A stretch of DNA of 41,135 nucleotides from Octopus bimaculoides (lineage: Eukaryota). Positions 1-10,270 of the stretch are shown one piece after another; positions within the stretch are counted from its first letter, which is position 1, and the number at the start of each line of letters is the position of its first letter. The notes below the pieces were generated by a model, which worked only from the letters and a program-made list of their open reading frames with translations, was not told the origin of the DNA and did not search any database. The stretch is from contig NC_068990.1 in the NCBI RefSeq assembly GCF_001194135.2, positions 27,319,458-27,360,592 on the forward strand, written 5' to 3'. A program made the position numbers and the translations under genes.

Positions 1-264
1 AAAAACAGAAACAATTCCTATCATAGTAGGTGCCTTAGGTATAATAAAAAAATATTCAGACAAATACATAACAAAAACACCAGGACTTACAAATATATAT
101 AACATACAGAAAATTGCACTACTGGGTACTGCACACATTCTACGCAAAACACTTTCAATACAGTAAACATAAGAGCACCACAGCAAACCACAGCACATAC
201 CCAAGGCGCACAGAGCTGCGCTCGGTAGTGAAGTGAAAGCACGTTATAAAAATAAAACTACTGA

Positions 265-287
265 ATAATAATAATAATAATAATAAC

Positions 288-337
<50 letters not shown>
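265..337. repeat. (AAT)n microsatellite, immediately 5' of an R4/Dong-like insertion
   Basis: Direct reading; nearly pure aat run. Confidence 0.98.
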
Positions 338-339
<2 letters not shown>

Positions 340-825
340 GAAGGCATCGCCGAAAATGGAAATGCAAAGATCCTATGGGATTTTATGATTCAATGCGACC
401 ATGGGATAGAAAAGAAGAAGTTGGGCATAGTCTTAATTGAGAAAGAAAGCGAACGATGCTGGATCATAGATATAGCATGCCCAGCTGACAACAAGGTATG
501 CGACAAGGAAAGAAGAAAAGTCGAGAGATATGACAGGTTAGCTTGGGAGGATAAGCAGTTGTGGTAGATGAAAAAGGTAACAGTAATACCAATAATTGTC
601 AGAACCCTGGGAACAGTGAGCCAAAATCTCGAGAAGTACATGGAAAAAATAGGGGCTGCAATAAGAATGGAGCACTTGCTTGGAATAGCACTGCTTGGAA
701 CCGCTCGAATACTCCGGAAGGTGCTCGAAAAATAAGAGGTGTTACCTTAGTTCACAGGTAGCAAACGACTTACACTATTGTACATCTCCAGCGTTAGAAG
801 CTGTGCAAAAGCAATAATAAAAAAA
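338..825 (+). mobile_element. 5'-truncated R4/Dong-like non-LTR retrotransposon 3' end (RLE domain pseudogene + 3' UTR)
   Basis: One frame 340-735 reads EGIAENGNAKILWDFMIQCDHGIEKKKLGIVLIEKESERCWIIDIACPADNKVCDKERRKVERYDRLAWEDKQLW*MKKVTVIPIIVRTLGTVSQNLEKYMEKIGAAIRMEHLLGIALLGTARILRKVLEK*. It has the KILWDF, ID(I)ACP..K..K..RY and LLGTARILRKVL motifs of R4/Dong RLE domains. One in-frame stop at 565-567; the catalytic PD is lost. Ends in aataataaaa. Confidence 0.88.
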
Positions 826-919
826 AAATTTCATTTCTTCCTTCCTGATAATCCTTGCTGTCCATAAGAGACAACCTTTCTGTAGGAGCTCTGCCTGGCA
901 TTCTCTTTCAGTAATTTGT

Positions 920-920
920 C

Positions 921-977
<57 letters not shown>

Positions 978-1003
978 CATTATCATTACTACTACTACTA
1001 CTA

Positions 1004-1052
<49 letters not shown>

Positions 1053-1160
1053 AGTAGCAATAATAATAAGAACACTAAGAACAATTAAACGAATAAAAAA
1101 GAAAATAATGATAATACTATAATGATACAGGCAGCAATGACAGCAACAACAACAATGATA
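920..1160. repeat. Compound (ATT)n-(ACT)n-(AAT/AAC) microsatellite
   Basis: Direct reading. Confidence 0.95.
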
Positions 1161-1211
1161 AGAATAATATTAATATTAGTTATGATAATAGTGGTATTGT
1201 AGTTGTTGTAT

Positions 1212-1579
1212 GTGGAGCCACAATGGCCCAGTGGTTAGGGCAGCGGACTCGCAGTCGTAGGATTGCGGTTTCGATCTTCGGACCGGGCATTGTGTTTATT
1301 GAACGAAAATACCTAAAGTTCTACGCAGCTCCGACAGGTTGGGGGCCGAACCCTGCTTTACTCTTTCACCACAACTTTCTCCCACTCTTTCTTCCTGTTT
1401 CTGTATTTCAAAGGGCCAGCCTTGTCACACACTGTGTCAAGCTGAATCTCCCCAAGAACTACATTAAGGGTACACGTATCTGTGGAGTGCTCAGCCACTT
1501 GTACGTTAATTTCTCGAGCAGGCTGTTCCGTTGATCGGATCAACTGGAATCCGCGTCGTCGTAACGGACGGATTGCCAA
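1212..1579 (+). mobile_element. tRNA-derived SINE, family A (octopus OR1-like), near full length
   Basis: A box TGGCCCAGTGG at 1224-1234, B-box-like GGTTTCGATC at 1267-1276; homologous copies at 3047-3423 (-) and 5832-5907 (-); 3' tail shared with 26193-26365. The OR1 name is from recall. Confidence 0.85.
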
Positions 1580-1749
1580 GAGATTTATTATCTGTTAATA
1601 ATGAGAGAAATATATAAAAAAAAAAACAATAAAGAAATGAAATATGGTAAGAACTGCATTGTTCTCCGTCCATCGTTGTGACCAACGAGTGAAACAATTA
1701 ACAGAAATAAGCAGCAAGCACAAGACGAACACTATGCAATATACGAACA

Positions 1750-1914
1750 TGATGATGGCACGGTTGGTGATGATGAAGGTGGTGATGATGCTGCTGCAGC
1801 TGATGATGATGTTGATGATGGTGATGATGATCATGATGATAGTGGTGATGATGATGTTGATGATGATGATGAAGATGATGATGATAGCGACGATGATGAT
1901 GGTGGTGTTGTTAG

Positions 1915-1945
<31 letters not shown>

Positions 1946-2092
1946 GGTGGTGAGGATGGTGAAGATGAACATGATGGTGATGATAATGACGATGATTATG
2001 ATGTTGTTGTTGATGGTGATGGTGATGATGATGTTGATCGTGTGACGATAAAGTGAAGGGCTGGAAATATCATACCGACTATAGATGGCTAT

Positions 2093-2147
<55 letters not shown>

Positions 2148-2497
2148 GCTGCTTCTGTTACTCTACTCTTATAGCATCAGCAAAAGTAGCAGCAGTAGCA
2201 ACAACAAAAACAAAAACAGTTACTATTACTACTACTACTTCTACTACTACTACTACTCCTGCTGTTGCTGCTGCTACTACTACCACTACTACTACTAATA
2301 ATAATAATAATGATAATAATAATAATCCGGAAATATTAGGGAAAGGGACAGTCGATTATTTAATAACAACAACAGAATTAATAATAATAATAACAATGAT
2401 GGTAATGAGAATAACAATAATAATAATGATAACAACAACAACAACAATAATAATAATAATCATAATAATAATAATAATAATGATGATGATGATGATG

Positions 2498-2529
<32 letters not shown>

Positions 2530-2540
2530 AATAATACAAA
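1750..2540. repeat. Long compound trinucleotide microsatellite block ((GAT/GGT)n, (ACT)n, (AAT/AAC)n, (GAT)n)
   Basis: Direct reading; source of the poly-M/I/L/T pseudo-ORFs. Confidence 0.95.
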
Positions 2541-2653
2541 TAACGCCAATAACAATATCAGAATTAACACGAAAGACAAAGAGAAAAAAAGAAACCAACA
2601 AAAACATCAACAGCAGAATCTATAACAAAAACAAGTACAACAAGAAAGACAGG

Positions 2654-2654
2654 A

Positions 2655-2696
<42 letters not shown>

Positions 2697-2770
2697 GTTC
2701 TCTCTCTCTCTCTCTCTCTCTCAGGTTCTCTCTTTCTCCCTACACTATTCATTCGAGTGTATATATTTAT

Positions 2771-2838
<68 letters not shown>
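2654..2838. repeat. (CT)n tract followed after about 40 nt by a (GA)n tract
   Basis: Direct reading. Confidence 0.95.
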
Positions 2839-2840
<2 letters not shown>

Positions 2841-3046
2841 AAAACACAGTTATACGTACAAACAGTATATTTACATCAGTGATTTAGAAAAGGTTTTAGA
2901 GGAAAATGATTTTAATTAGATTAGGGGGAAACCATTGTAGCAGAAGCGTATTGCCACTTTCGAACACAGTCTCATCGAATAGAAAAACGTATGTATACAC
3001 GTCAGCATACACAGATAGAAGATATGTATATATATGTATATATGTC

Positions 3047-3423
3047 GTGGCACTCCGTCGGTTACGATGACGCGGGTTCCAGTTGATCCGATCATCGGAA
3101 ACAGCCTGCTCGTGACAATTAACGTGCAAGTGGCTGAGCGCTCCACAGACACGTGTACCCTTAGTGTAGTTCCCGGGGAGATTCAGTGTGACACAGAGTG
3201 TGACAAGGCTGGCCCCTTTGAAATACAGGTACAACAGAAACAGGAAGAAAACGTGAGAGAAAGCTGTGGCGAAGGAGTACAGCAAAGATCACTACGACAT
3301 CCAGGCGGAGCCTCGTGGGGCTTTAAGTGTTTTTGCTCAATAAACACTCACAGCGCCCGGTCTGGGAATCGAAACCGTGATCCTACGACCGCTGCCCTAA
3401 CCACTGGGCCATTGCGTCTCCAC
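3047..3423 (-). mobile_element. tRNA-derived SINE, family A, inverted relative to 1212-1579
   Basis: Reverse complement aligns along 1212-1579, with a short deletion in the tRNA head. Confidence 0.88.
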
Positions 3424-3737
3424 CACCAATATATATATATATATCTGTGTGTGTCCCGGTATATAGATAGGCGTGCTCCTCTTCGTACAGAACATTTCTG
3501 ACTCATCCTGTCTCTACACCACGAACGCTCCTTGCTCTATACACGCGCACATGAATATCCGCTCTCTGTTCTATACCCTCACACCTTCTGACCCCTAGAC
3601 ACACTCAGAAACACACACATATACATATACACGCAAGTAGCAAGAACTCAGAAATCACATATATGTGTGTGTGTGTGTGCGCATGTGTGCATATAAGTAC
3701 ATATATGTATATGAGCATATATATATATATATATATA

Positions 3738-3898
3738 NNNNNNNNNNNNNNNNNNNNNNNNNNNNNNNNNNNNNNNNNNNNNNNNNNNNNNNNNNNNNNN
3801 NNNNNNNNNNNNNNNNNNNNNNNNNNNNNNNNNNNNNNNNNNNNNNNNNNNNNNNNNNNNNNNNNNNNNNNNNNNNNNNNNNNNNNNNNNNNNNNNNN
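3738..3898. other. Assembly gap (N) between (TA)n runs
   Basis: N run. Confidence 0.99.
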
Positions 3899-4036
3899 TA
3901 TATGTATATATATGTATGTATGTATGTATGTATCTATCTATCTGTCTGTCTCCTTTTCTTTCTATCTGTCTATCTATTATCTGTCGGTCTGTCTGTCTGT
4001 CTGTTTCTCTCTCTCTCTCTGTCTATATATACATGC

Positions 4037-4084
<48 letters not shown>

Positions 4085-4351
4085 CATCCAATATACCTAA
4101 ACATTCAGACGGTTGCACGGATCATTGATATTCGATTCGGTACGATAGCGATATAACGGAAGCTGTAAGATGATAGCTTACTTGTTAAACGTGAAAGCCT
4201 ATATTCGAAGTTAACCAAATGTTAGTCACCTCTCGGTGGTTTCTGATTCAATTATTCCAAAGTGTAAGGTTCTCTTTCTTACAAAGTTGGATCACATAGC
4301 CAGGTATTGAAAGTATACTAGTCAGCATTAGGATGTTACTAAATATTTTTA

Positions 4352-4441
4352 TTTCTTTATTGTCCACAGGGGGCTAAAATAGATGGGACAAACAAGGACA
4401 GACTAAGGGATTAAGTTGATTACATTGAGCCCAGTGCGTAA
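4352..4441 (-). mobile_element. SINE family C 3' fragment
   Basis: aagttgattacattgagcccagtg matches gtcgattacatcgaccccagtg of the copies at 22.27 and 22.6 kb. Confidence 0.6.
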
Positions 4442-4867
4442 ACATGATACTATGCCATCTTCAATACATCGTTAAAGTAACTGCAATTCAAACATCGGCT
4501 AAAAGATCACGATCAGGTGAGTTGTGTGGCTTTGTGGCAGTGTTAAAATCTATTTATTGTATGAGAGGCAGATTTGGTCAGTTCTGTGTGGAAAGAGCGT
4601 TGCCACTGAGAGGATGTTGGTAAACGTATCGTTCAAATTATTGCGTTCTCTATGTATCTATTTATGTAACACGTGTGATTAAGTATATCGTTGTGACTGC
4701 AGTACCGAAGCACTGATGGAGTAATCGGACAAGACTGGAGCTAAGTTGTTCTTCCCGGGAAGACGTTGCCTTCAATAATCAAAAGAGTTGCAGTTGTGAG
4801 GTTTCATGAACAAAACATTCTTCGACATCGCAGGTAATATATTCATACAAAGAAGCAGGTTTCTGTT

Positions 4868-5106
4868 CAATTAATGACGCATTCAGTTCAATATTTAAGA
4901 TATCAGGAATTATGTACATTATTTACATTTGTTGGACATTTGTCCTCATCTTGTTTGTTGTTAACACAGCGTTTTCGCTGAACAACTCTCCAGCTTTCAT
5001 CAGGTGTCTTGGGGAAATTTCGAACCCGGTAGTTGATGTTTTTTCCAACGGTTGTAATGGATCCTCTCAAGGACGAAGGCATGTCCTGCCCTTTCTGCTA
5101 ATAAAT
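4868..5106 (-). mobile_element. Penelope-like pseudo-LTR remnant carrying a hammerhead motif
   Basis: Contains the HHR-like motif at 4963-5008; the pLTR assignment is inferred from that motif. Confidence 0.6.
4963..5008 (-). ncRNA. Degenerate minimal type I hammerhead ribozyme
   Basis: Minus strand: GACAC-CTGATGA-AA-GCTG-gagagttgtt-CAGC-GAAA-ACGCT-GTGTT. Stem I GACAC/GTGTT, canonical core and 4-bp stem II are present. Stem III and the cleavage triplet are damaged (CGCT rather than CGTH). Confidence 0.7.
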
Positions 5107-5113
5107 CTATCTG

Positions 5114-5158
<45 letters not shown>

Positions 5159-5163
5159 GTATG

Positions 5164-5196
<33 letters not shown>

Positions 5197-5255
5197 GTCT
5201 ACCTGTTTGGCTGCCCTTACATGTTTATGTATATATATATATATATATGTATATA
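5105..5255. repeat. (CTAT)n and (TA)n microsatellites
   Basis: Direct reading. Confidence 0.95.
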
Positions 5256-5739
5256 TATGTTCAATGAAAAAATGCATTCTTACAAAGAGAAAAACGGAAG
5301 AAAGCCTAAGGTCGAAAAAAATGAAATATTCCTTGTGATCTGTGAACTTATAAGATTTTATTGGTGAGTTTTCCCCACTTGGAAATCAAAGGATTGAAAA
5401 ATATGTTTTAGGTGAAAGGATTAGAAGTTATCTTGAAGTTTTTGCCGGTTGAATCCATTCAAAATCTTTTGTTTAACGTTCCACTTTCGAAATATTCAAA
5501 TATGACTTTCGATTAAAGCATATAAAATGGTTGCCATCCAGTATAGTATTGCAAATACATCTTCAAAGCTATCACTCAGTCTATATGTACGTTAAGAAAT
5601 AAGACATATATATATATATATTTTTGTATAGATTTAACCAATACTCTAATGTCAGTCAGCCAATCTTATCGATTTCGATCAAAGAGTATTTAGCATGGTT
5701 ATATGTGACCCTTATTCTCATCTGCAATAGAACATTTTA

Positions 5740-5831
5740 TACATACATACATACATACATACATACATACATACATACATACATACATACATACATACAT
5801 ACGTATATATATATATATATATATACATACA
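5740..5831. repeat. (TACA)n-(TA)n microsatellite
   Basis: Direct reading. Confidence 0.95.
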
Positions 5832-5907
5832 TTGTGGCACTCCGTCGGTTACGACGACGAGGGTTCCAGTTGATCTGATCAACGGAATAGCCAGCTCGTG
5901 AAATTAC
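5832..5907 (-). mobile_element. SINE family A 3'-end fragment
   Basis: gtggcactccgtcggttacgacgacgagggttccagttgatctgatc matches 3047-3120. Confidence 0.8.
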
Positions 5908-5934
5908 TATATATTTACATAGTTTCGACTTGGT

Positions 5935-6391
5935 AGAAAAGACGAGCTACAACAAATATTCTGCTCAATACCACAGATTTGCTTATCAGTAGTTTGACCT
6001 TAACCAGTTGAGTATGTCCCTTATGTCCTGATGATATGTGCGTCTCTGATCACGAGCAGAAGTAGTCATGTGTTGAGAGGAATTCTTTAGTGTTTGAATT
6101 ATTCACCTCTGGAAACATGGGTGCTTCGTTCAACATCTAAAACAACCCTTGTTCAAGGACCATTTGAGCTGGATGGGTTACTCAACCTGAACTCTACCTG
6201 GGCCACATCTGCAAGGTCATGGGTTGTTTATCTTGATAGGAGATCAATATGTTGCGCACATATGGTTGTGATGCATATACCTGGTGCACCGTCATCAGAC
6301 AGGTAGCATGCTGGGCATATTGGGCTTCGTATATTTTACCCCAGTGTCACTTTGATGGCATGCACTGCTCTCTCACTCAATAATAATAATC
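5935..6391 (+). mobile_element. Unclassified interspersed element ending in an (AAT)n tail
   Basis: GC-richer block with sharp edges against AT-rich flanks, ending ctcactcaaataataataat; no protein motif seen. Confidence 0.4.
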
Positions 6392-6892
6392 GGTTTAAAA
6401 AGAGAGACTAACGTAAACACATCTTAAGAAAACTTTATTCAAAATCATTATTTAAAATTTTCTACCAAAATTAAAGAGAAATTAAAGGAGAGAGTAATAT
6501 TTATTATTGAATACTAATAAATAAAATATGAAAACAAATAATAATTTACTGGCAAATAAATACAAGAATTGTTTGTCTAGTTTTATTTATTCTTCATTTA
6601 TTTATTAATTTAGTTTATGTATTTCTTTATATGCATTTTTGTATATTTACTTTAATTTATTTATTTTTTTTATATATTTCAATTTATATTTTGGTTTTGA
6701 AAGGTTGTTTTTTCCCCGAAATTTACAGACATTTATGACATAATAAATACCGGTACGAGTAAATATGTTTTTCCCTTTATCATATGAATAACATTTTAAA
6801 ACATATAACTTAATAATAATCATAAAAATATAAATTGTTTTAAAGTTGTATATACATATACATATATATATAACTTTAAAACAATTAATATA

Positions 6893-7200
6893 NNNNNNNN
6901 NNNNNNNNNNNNNNNNNNNNNNNNNNNNNNNNNNNNNNNNNNNNNNNNNNNNNNNNNNNNNNNNNNNNNNNNNNNNNNNNNNNNNNNNNNNNNNNNNNNN
7001 NNNNNNNNNNNNNNNNNNNNNNNNNNNNNNNNNNNNNNNNNNNNNNNNNNNNNNNNNNNNNNNNNNNNNNNNNNNNNNNNNNNNNNNNNNNNNNNNNNNN
7101 NNNNNNNNNNNNNNNNNNNNNNNNNNNNNNNNNNNNNNNNNNNNNNNNNNNNNNNNNNNNNNNNNNNNNNNNNNNNNNNNNNNNNNNNNNNNNNNNNNNN
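6893..7200. other. Assembly gap (N)
   Basis: N run. Confidence 0.99.
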
Positions 7201-7439
7201 ATATATATATATATATATATACACGCATATATATATATGGAGTTGTCATTAGGTATTATAATATATTGTGATTTAAAATTTGGAAATGTATATAAATTTA
7301 ATAGAGATAGTGAAAAATATGTTTTCGTTTATTCATCTATTTTGTAACGTATGAAATAACGAAATTAAATTCGTAAGATTTAATAACATGAAAAAATAAA
7401 AGAAAATAATCAAGTTAATATGTAAACTGATCGGTGAAA

Positions 7440-7810
7440 TCAGTTCGATTCCGGTGTTGCGATGGAAGTTCATATGCTGTTTACTGCTTCTAATACCGTC
7501 CTTTCTGAAGCAATCATCATTACACTGTCCAGCTGGATTCCCAAGACCATAGATAATATCCATCAGCTCGTTCTTCCTCTTCTGCTAGGTATCTTGCCGG
7601 TTAGTTTCTGCTTGAAAACTCCCTTTTGCGATCTTGTCTTGCGACATTCTAATCAGATGCTCGTAGTATTGGAGCTGTCACCTCTCAATATAGACAAGTA
7701 GTAGCTAGGCCTGGAGTGTCTCCTTATTCACTATACTATTTTCATACATGTGTCCTTTTGTCAAATCTGTCAACCTAATACTTTAATAGTCAATGCTTTC
7801 CTTGAAACTT
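7440..7810 (-). mobile_element. Decayed RTE-clade (Rex3/Expander-like) LINE 3' fragment
   Basis: Minus-strand frames with shifts give LLLVYIER*QLQYYEHLIRMSQDKIAK / VFKQKLTGKIPSRRGRTS*W / LGIQLDSVMMIASERTV. These parallel the RTE RT C-terminus pattern LLLHIERSQLRWLGHL.RM...TGRRPRGRPRTRW...LG...VA.ER.VW. Confidence 0.65.
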
Positions 7811-8624
7811 AACTTTTTTTTTGTATTCGGTTAGCAAGATGTGAATTCGTGTGTTGAAACAAATTTTGTTGTCTTGGGAGAGTCATTATACTAATAAAAG
7901 CAGGCGCATTGGTGCAATATAACTTTTCGTTTATTGCTAATTTGTATCTAACCAATGAACCAATCGACCGTTCGTTTAATGTACTGATTAAACAATCAGT
8001 CGGTTTTTTGTTAGTCAAAGTGCTTTAGCCGCTCTTCACGATCTTCTCAATGATTTCCTTCTCTCTCCAAGGTCTACTTTGAGTCCGAGAATTAGTCTTA
8101 TACCTATGTGCATGTATGCTTATATGTGTGTAAGTTGATGTGTTTGCTTAACTCCTGTTCATTTTCCCGTTTCTTGCACCACCCTACTCAAGCTGCTATA
8201 GCAAACTATCTTTTAGAAATCTTCACTTTAATACTTCACACCTAGCTTCTCCCTCACTTCCCTCATACCTAACTTTCCCATTAAACTGCAAGCAGTTGAA
8301 TATAATTATAACTAAGATATCTGTTAAGATCTCTTTACCGCAAACATATCCATAACCAATTTAATGTGTTTACCAAAAGGAAATCTTGCTAAGATTTACT
8401 TTCACGTATTAACAAAGATCACTCTAACATATTTATTTCTACATAACTTATTTAGATTACACGCTTTTCTGTTTAGAGTTTCAGTTAGGAATTTACTTAT
8501 AAATAAATATTCTAAGAGGGTTAATATCAATTTGAATTCTTTTTTCTGAATTTACTAACATTTAATGATTCTAAAATTTTAAACATTCATTTATTTCTAC
8601 CGTAAACCACAGTAAAATATTACA

Positions 8625-8804
8625 NNNNNNNNNNNNNNNNNNNNNNNNNNNNNNNNNNNNNNNNNNNNNNNNNNNNNNNNNNNNNNNNNNNNNNNNNNNN
8701 NNNNNNNNNNNNNNNNNNNNNNNNNNNNNNNNNNNNNNNNNNNNNNNNNNNNNNNNNNNNNNNNNNNNNNNNNNNNNNNNNNNNNNNNNNNNNNNNNNNN
8801 NNNN
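8625..8804. other. Assembly gap (N)
   Basis: N run. Confidence 0.99.
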
Positions 8805-8861
<57 letters not shown>

Positions 8862-9126
8862 TATAAATATACATATGAAGAGGTCTTCAATAAATTTATA
8901 GCAACGATACTAACACGCAACCTCGATTTAATTTGTAATAAATTCTTAGAAAATTATCCAAAATAAACTAAATTTCCTCTCTTCGTTTTTACTTGGAATA
9001 TAACAATTTTTAAATGATATACTCAGACCTTATAAACTTAATCATATCCATAATAATTCTAAAGTGTTTTCCAACGTTAAACTCTTCTACTATTTTTCAT
9101 TTTTAAATATCCACTAACCAACAGCT

Positions 9127-9420
9127 TCTATACAAATTCATCTTCTTTATCTAAGACACTATTTTTTACCTGATTAAGCATGGATTTGATTAAATTATGA
9201 ACGACAGACTGATCCATGTTTATCCTGCCGTCGCTAAATGCTTCTTTCAGCTTTGTCATTGATGTAATTTTCGATAATCTTGCTCGCAAACTTTTATTAA
9301 AATGTTCTTATATATCTTCTATTAGATTCCAGTAATTCGTTTCCAAGTTTCTGATTCCACACTGTTATAGCATAAGGCATACATTTTCTTGTAAATGTTT
9401 GGTTTTCTTACCAATTTCTA
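9127..9420 (-). pseudogene. Possible Tc1/mariner transposase C-terminal remnant
   Basis: Minus frame HLQENVCLML*QCGIRNLETNYWNLIEDI*EHFNKSLRARLSKITSMTKLKEAFSDGRINMDQSVVHNLIKSMLNQVKNSVLDKEDEFV* resembles QDNAP..NPIENIW..L....T.L.ELK.A....W.NI.Q.VI.NLI.SM. Contains stops; the D-E spacing is too short; no TIRs found. Confidence 0.4.
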
Positions 9421-9734
9421 CAGTACAACAGATGGGTAATCGATTCTTTTCAAATATATTAGAATATTTTAAGCAATTTCAATTATAATTATTTTCAATT
9501 TCAAATGAGCTCTGATCTGCGTGTCTTCCGAACTATTCCTCATACAGTATCTCCAAATACCCTATGCTTCATTATAATTTGAAAATCCAGCTCCCATCCA
9601 TGCTTGTGCATATGTATGTATATAATCATCCAGTATTATTTCAAGATTTCTTGCCAATTGAAAAAGAGCCGGTTTCTAACTTAGATCCAAAACTCCTTCA
9701 TTGGAATTTCAATATCAACTGGGTATTTTTGTAA

Positions 9735-9775
9735 GTATGTATGTATGTATGTATGTATTTATGTATGTATGTGTG
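9735..9775. repeat. (TATG)n / (TACA)n at the 3' end of the adjacent RLE element
   Basis: Direct reading. Confidence 0.9.
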
Positions 9776-10270
9776 CAGATGTGTATGTTTTGTTTTATGT
9801 ATGTCTTCTCATGAATATACTTGTATATCCAGAAATGCTCATATATACATAAATAATAAACTTCTGGAAAGTTTCAGAGACTTTTGCAATACCAGTGATG
9901 GACTGAATTTGTAGAGTTCGAATCAGCTTTCTTCTTTCTGGATTTGAGAAGCTTAATTTCTCAGTATTGATATTTAGCCAGTGTGTTACATATCACAATA
10001 CTCCAATAATTACAGGTATAAACCTGAACTTGTAATCTGTATAGAGTAACTGTAGATTTCTCAATAGTTCAGCGTAGGTATTTATTTTTTCACAGATCTT
10101 TAGGTCTATGTTAACATGCACTGGGCAGCTGATTTCCACAACTGTACAAAGATTCTCTTCTCTATCCCAAATCATTATATTAGGTCTATTATCTTTACAT
10201 TTTATTGAGGTTTTCATTGGGATATTCCAGCAGTACTCTTTTTTAATATGAGTGGCTATGTCCAACCTCC
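9776..10270 (-). mobile_element. RLE-type non-LTR retrotransposon 3' fragment (lineage distinct from the Dong-like copies)
   Basis: ORF 9993-10265 reads WNIPMKTSIKCKDNRPNIMIWDREENLCTVVEISCPVHVNIDLKICEKINTYAELLRNLQLLYTDYKFRFIPVIIGVL, matching the RP(D)..VE.SCP..K..EK..Y..L..P.IIG.LG pattern of RLE nucleases. Downstream IQSITGIAKVSETFQKF, then a short UTR and (TACA)n. Confidence 0.8.

Noticed and set aside
1212-1290. tRNA gene (also at 23796, 26420-26497, 29657 and 37777)
   Set aside because: A and B boxes are present, but there is no complete cloverleaf and each continues into a SINE body.
155-2887. Poly-L/I/M/T/N ORFs in the track (e.g. 155-367, 916-1122, 1644-2045, 2396-2887)
   Set aside because: These are translations of trinucleotide microsatellites with no protein signal.
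1223-3501. ORFs 1223-1534, 2896-3285 and 3034-3501 with mutually similar peptides
   Set aside because: The similarity comes from the two inverted SINE A copies, which are non-coding.
4702-4833. Exon-like segment between ctgcAG and a CAG|GTAATA donor (also CAG|GTGAGT at 4516)
   Set aside because: All three frames contain stops; splice-like motifs alone are insufficient.
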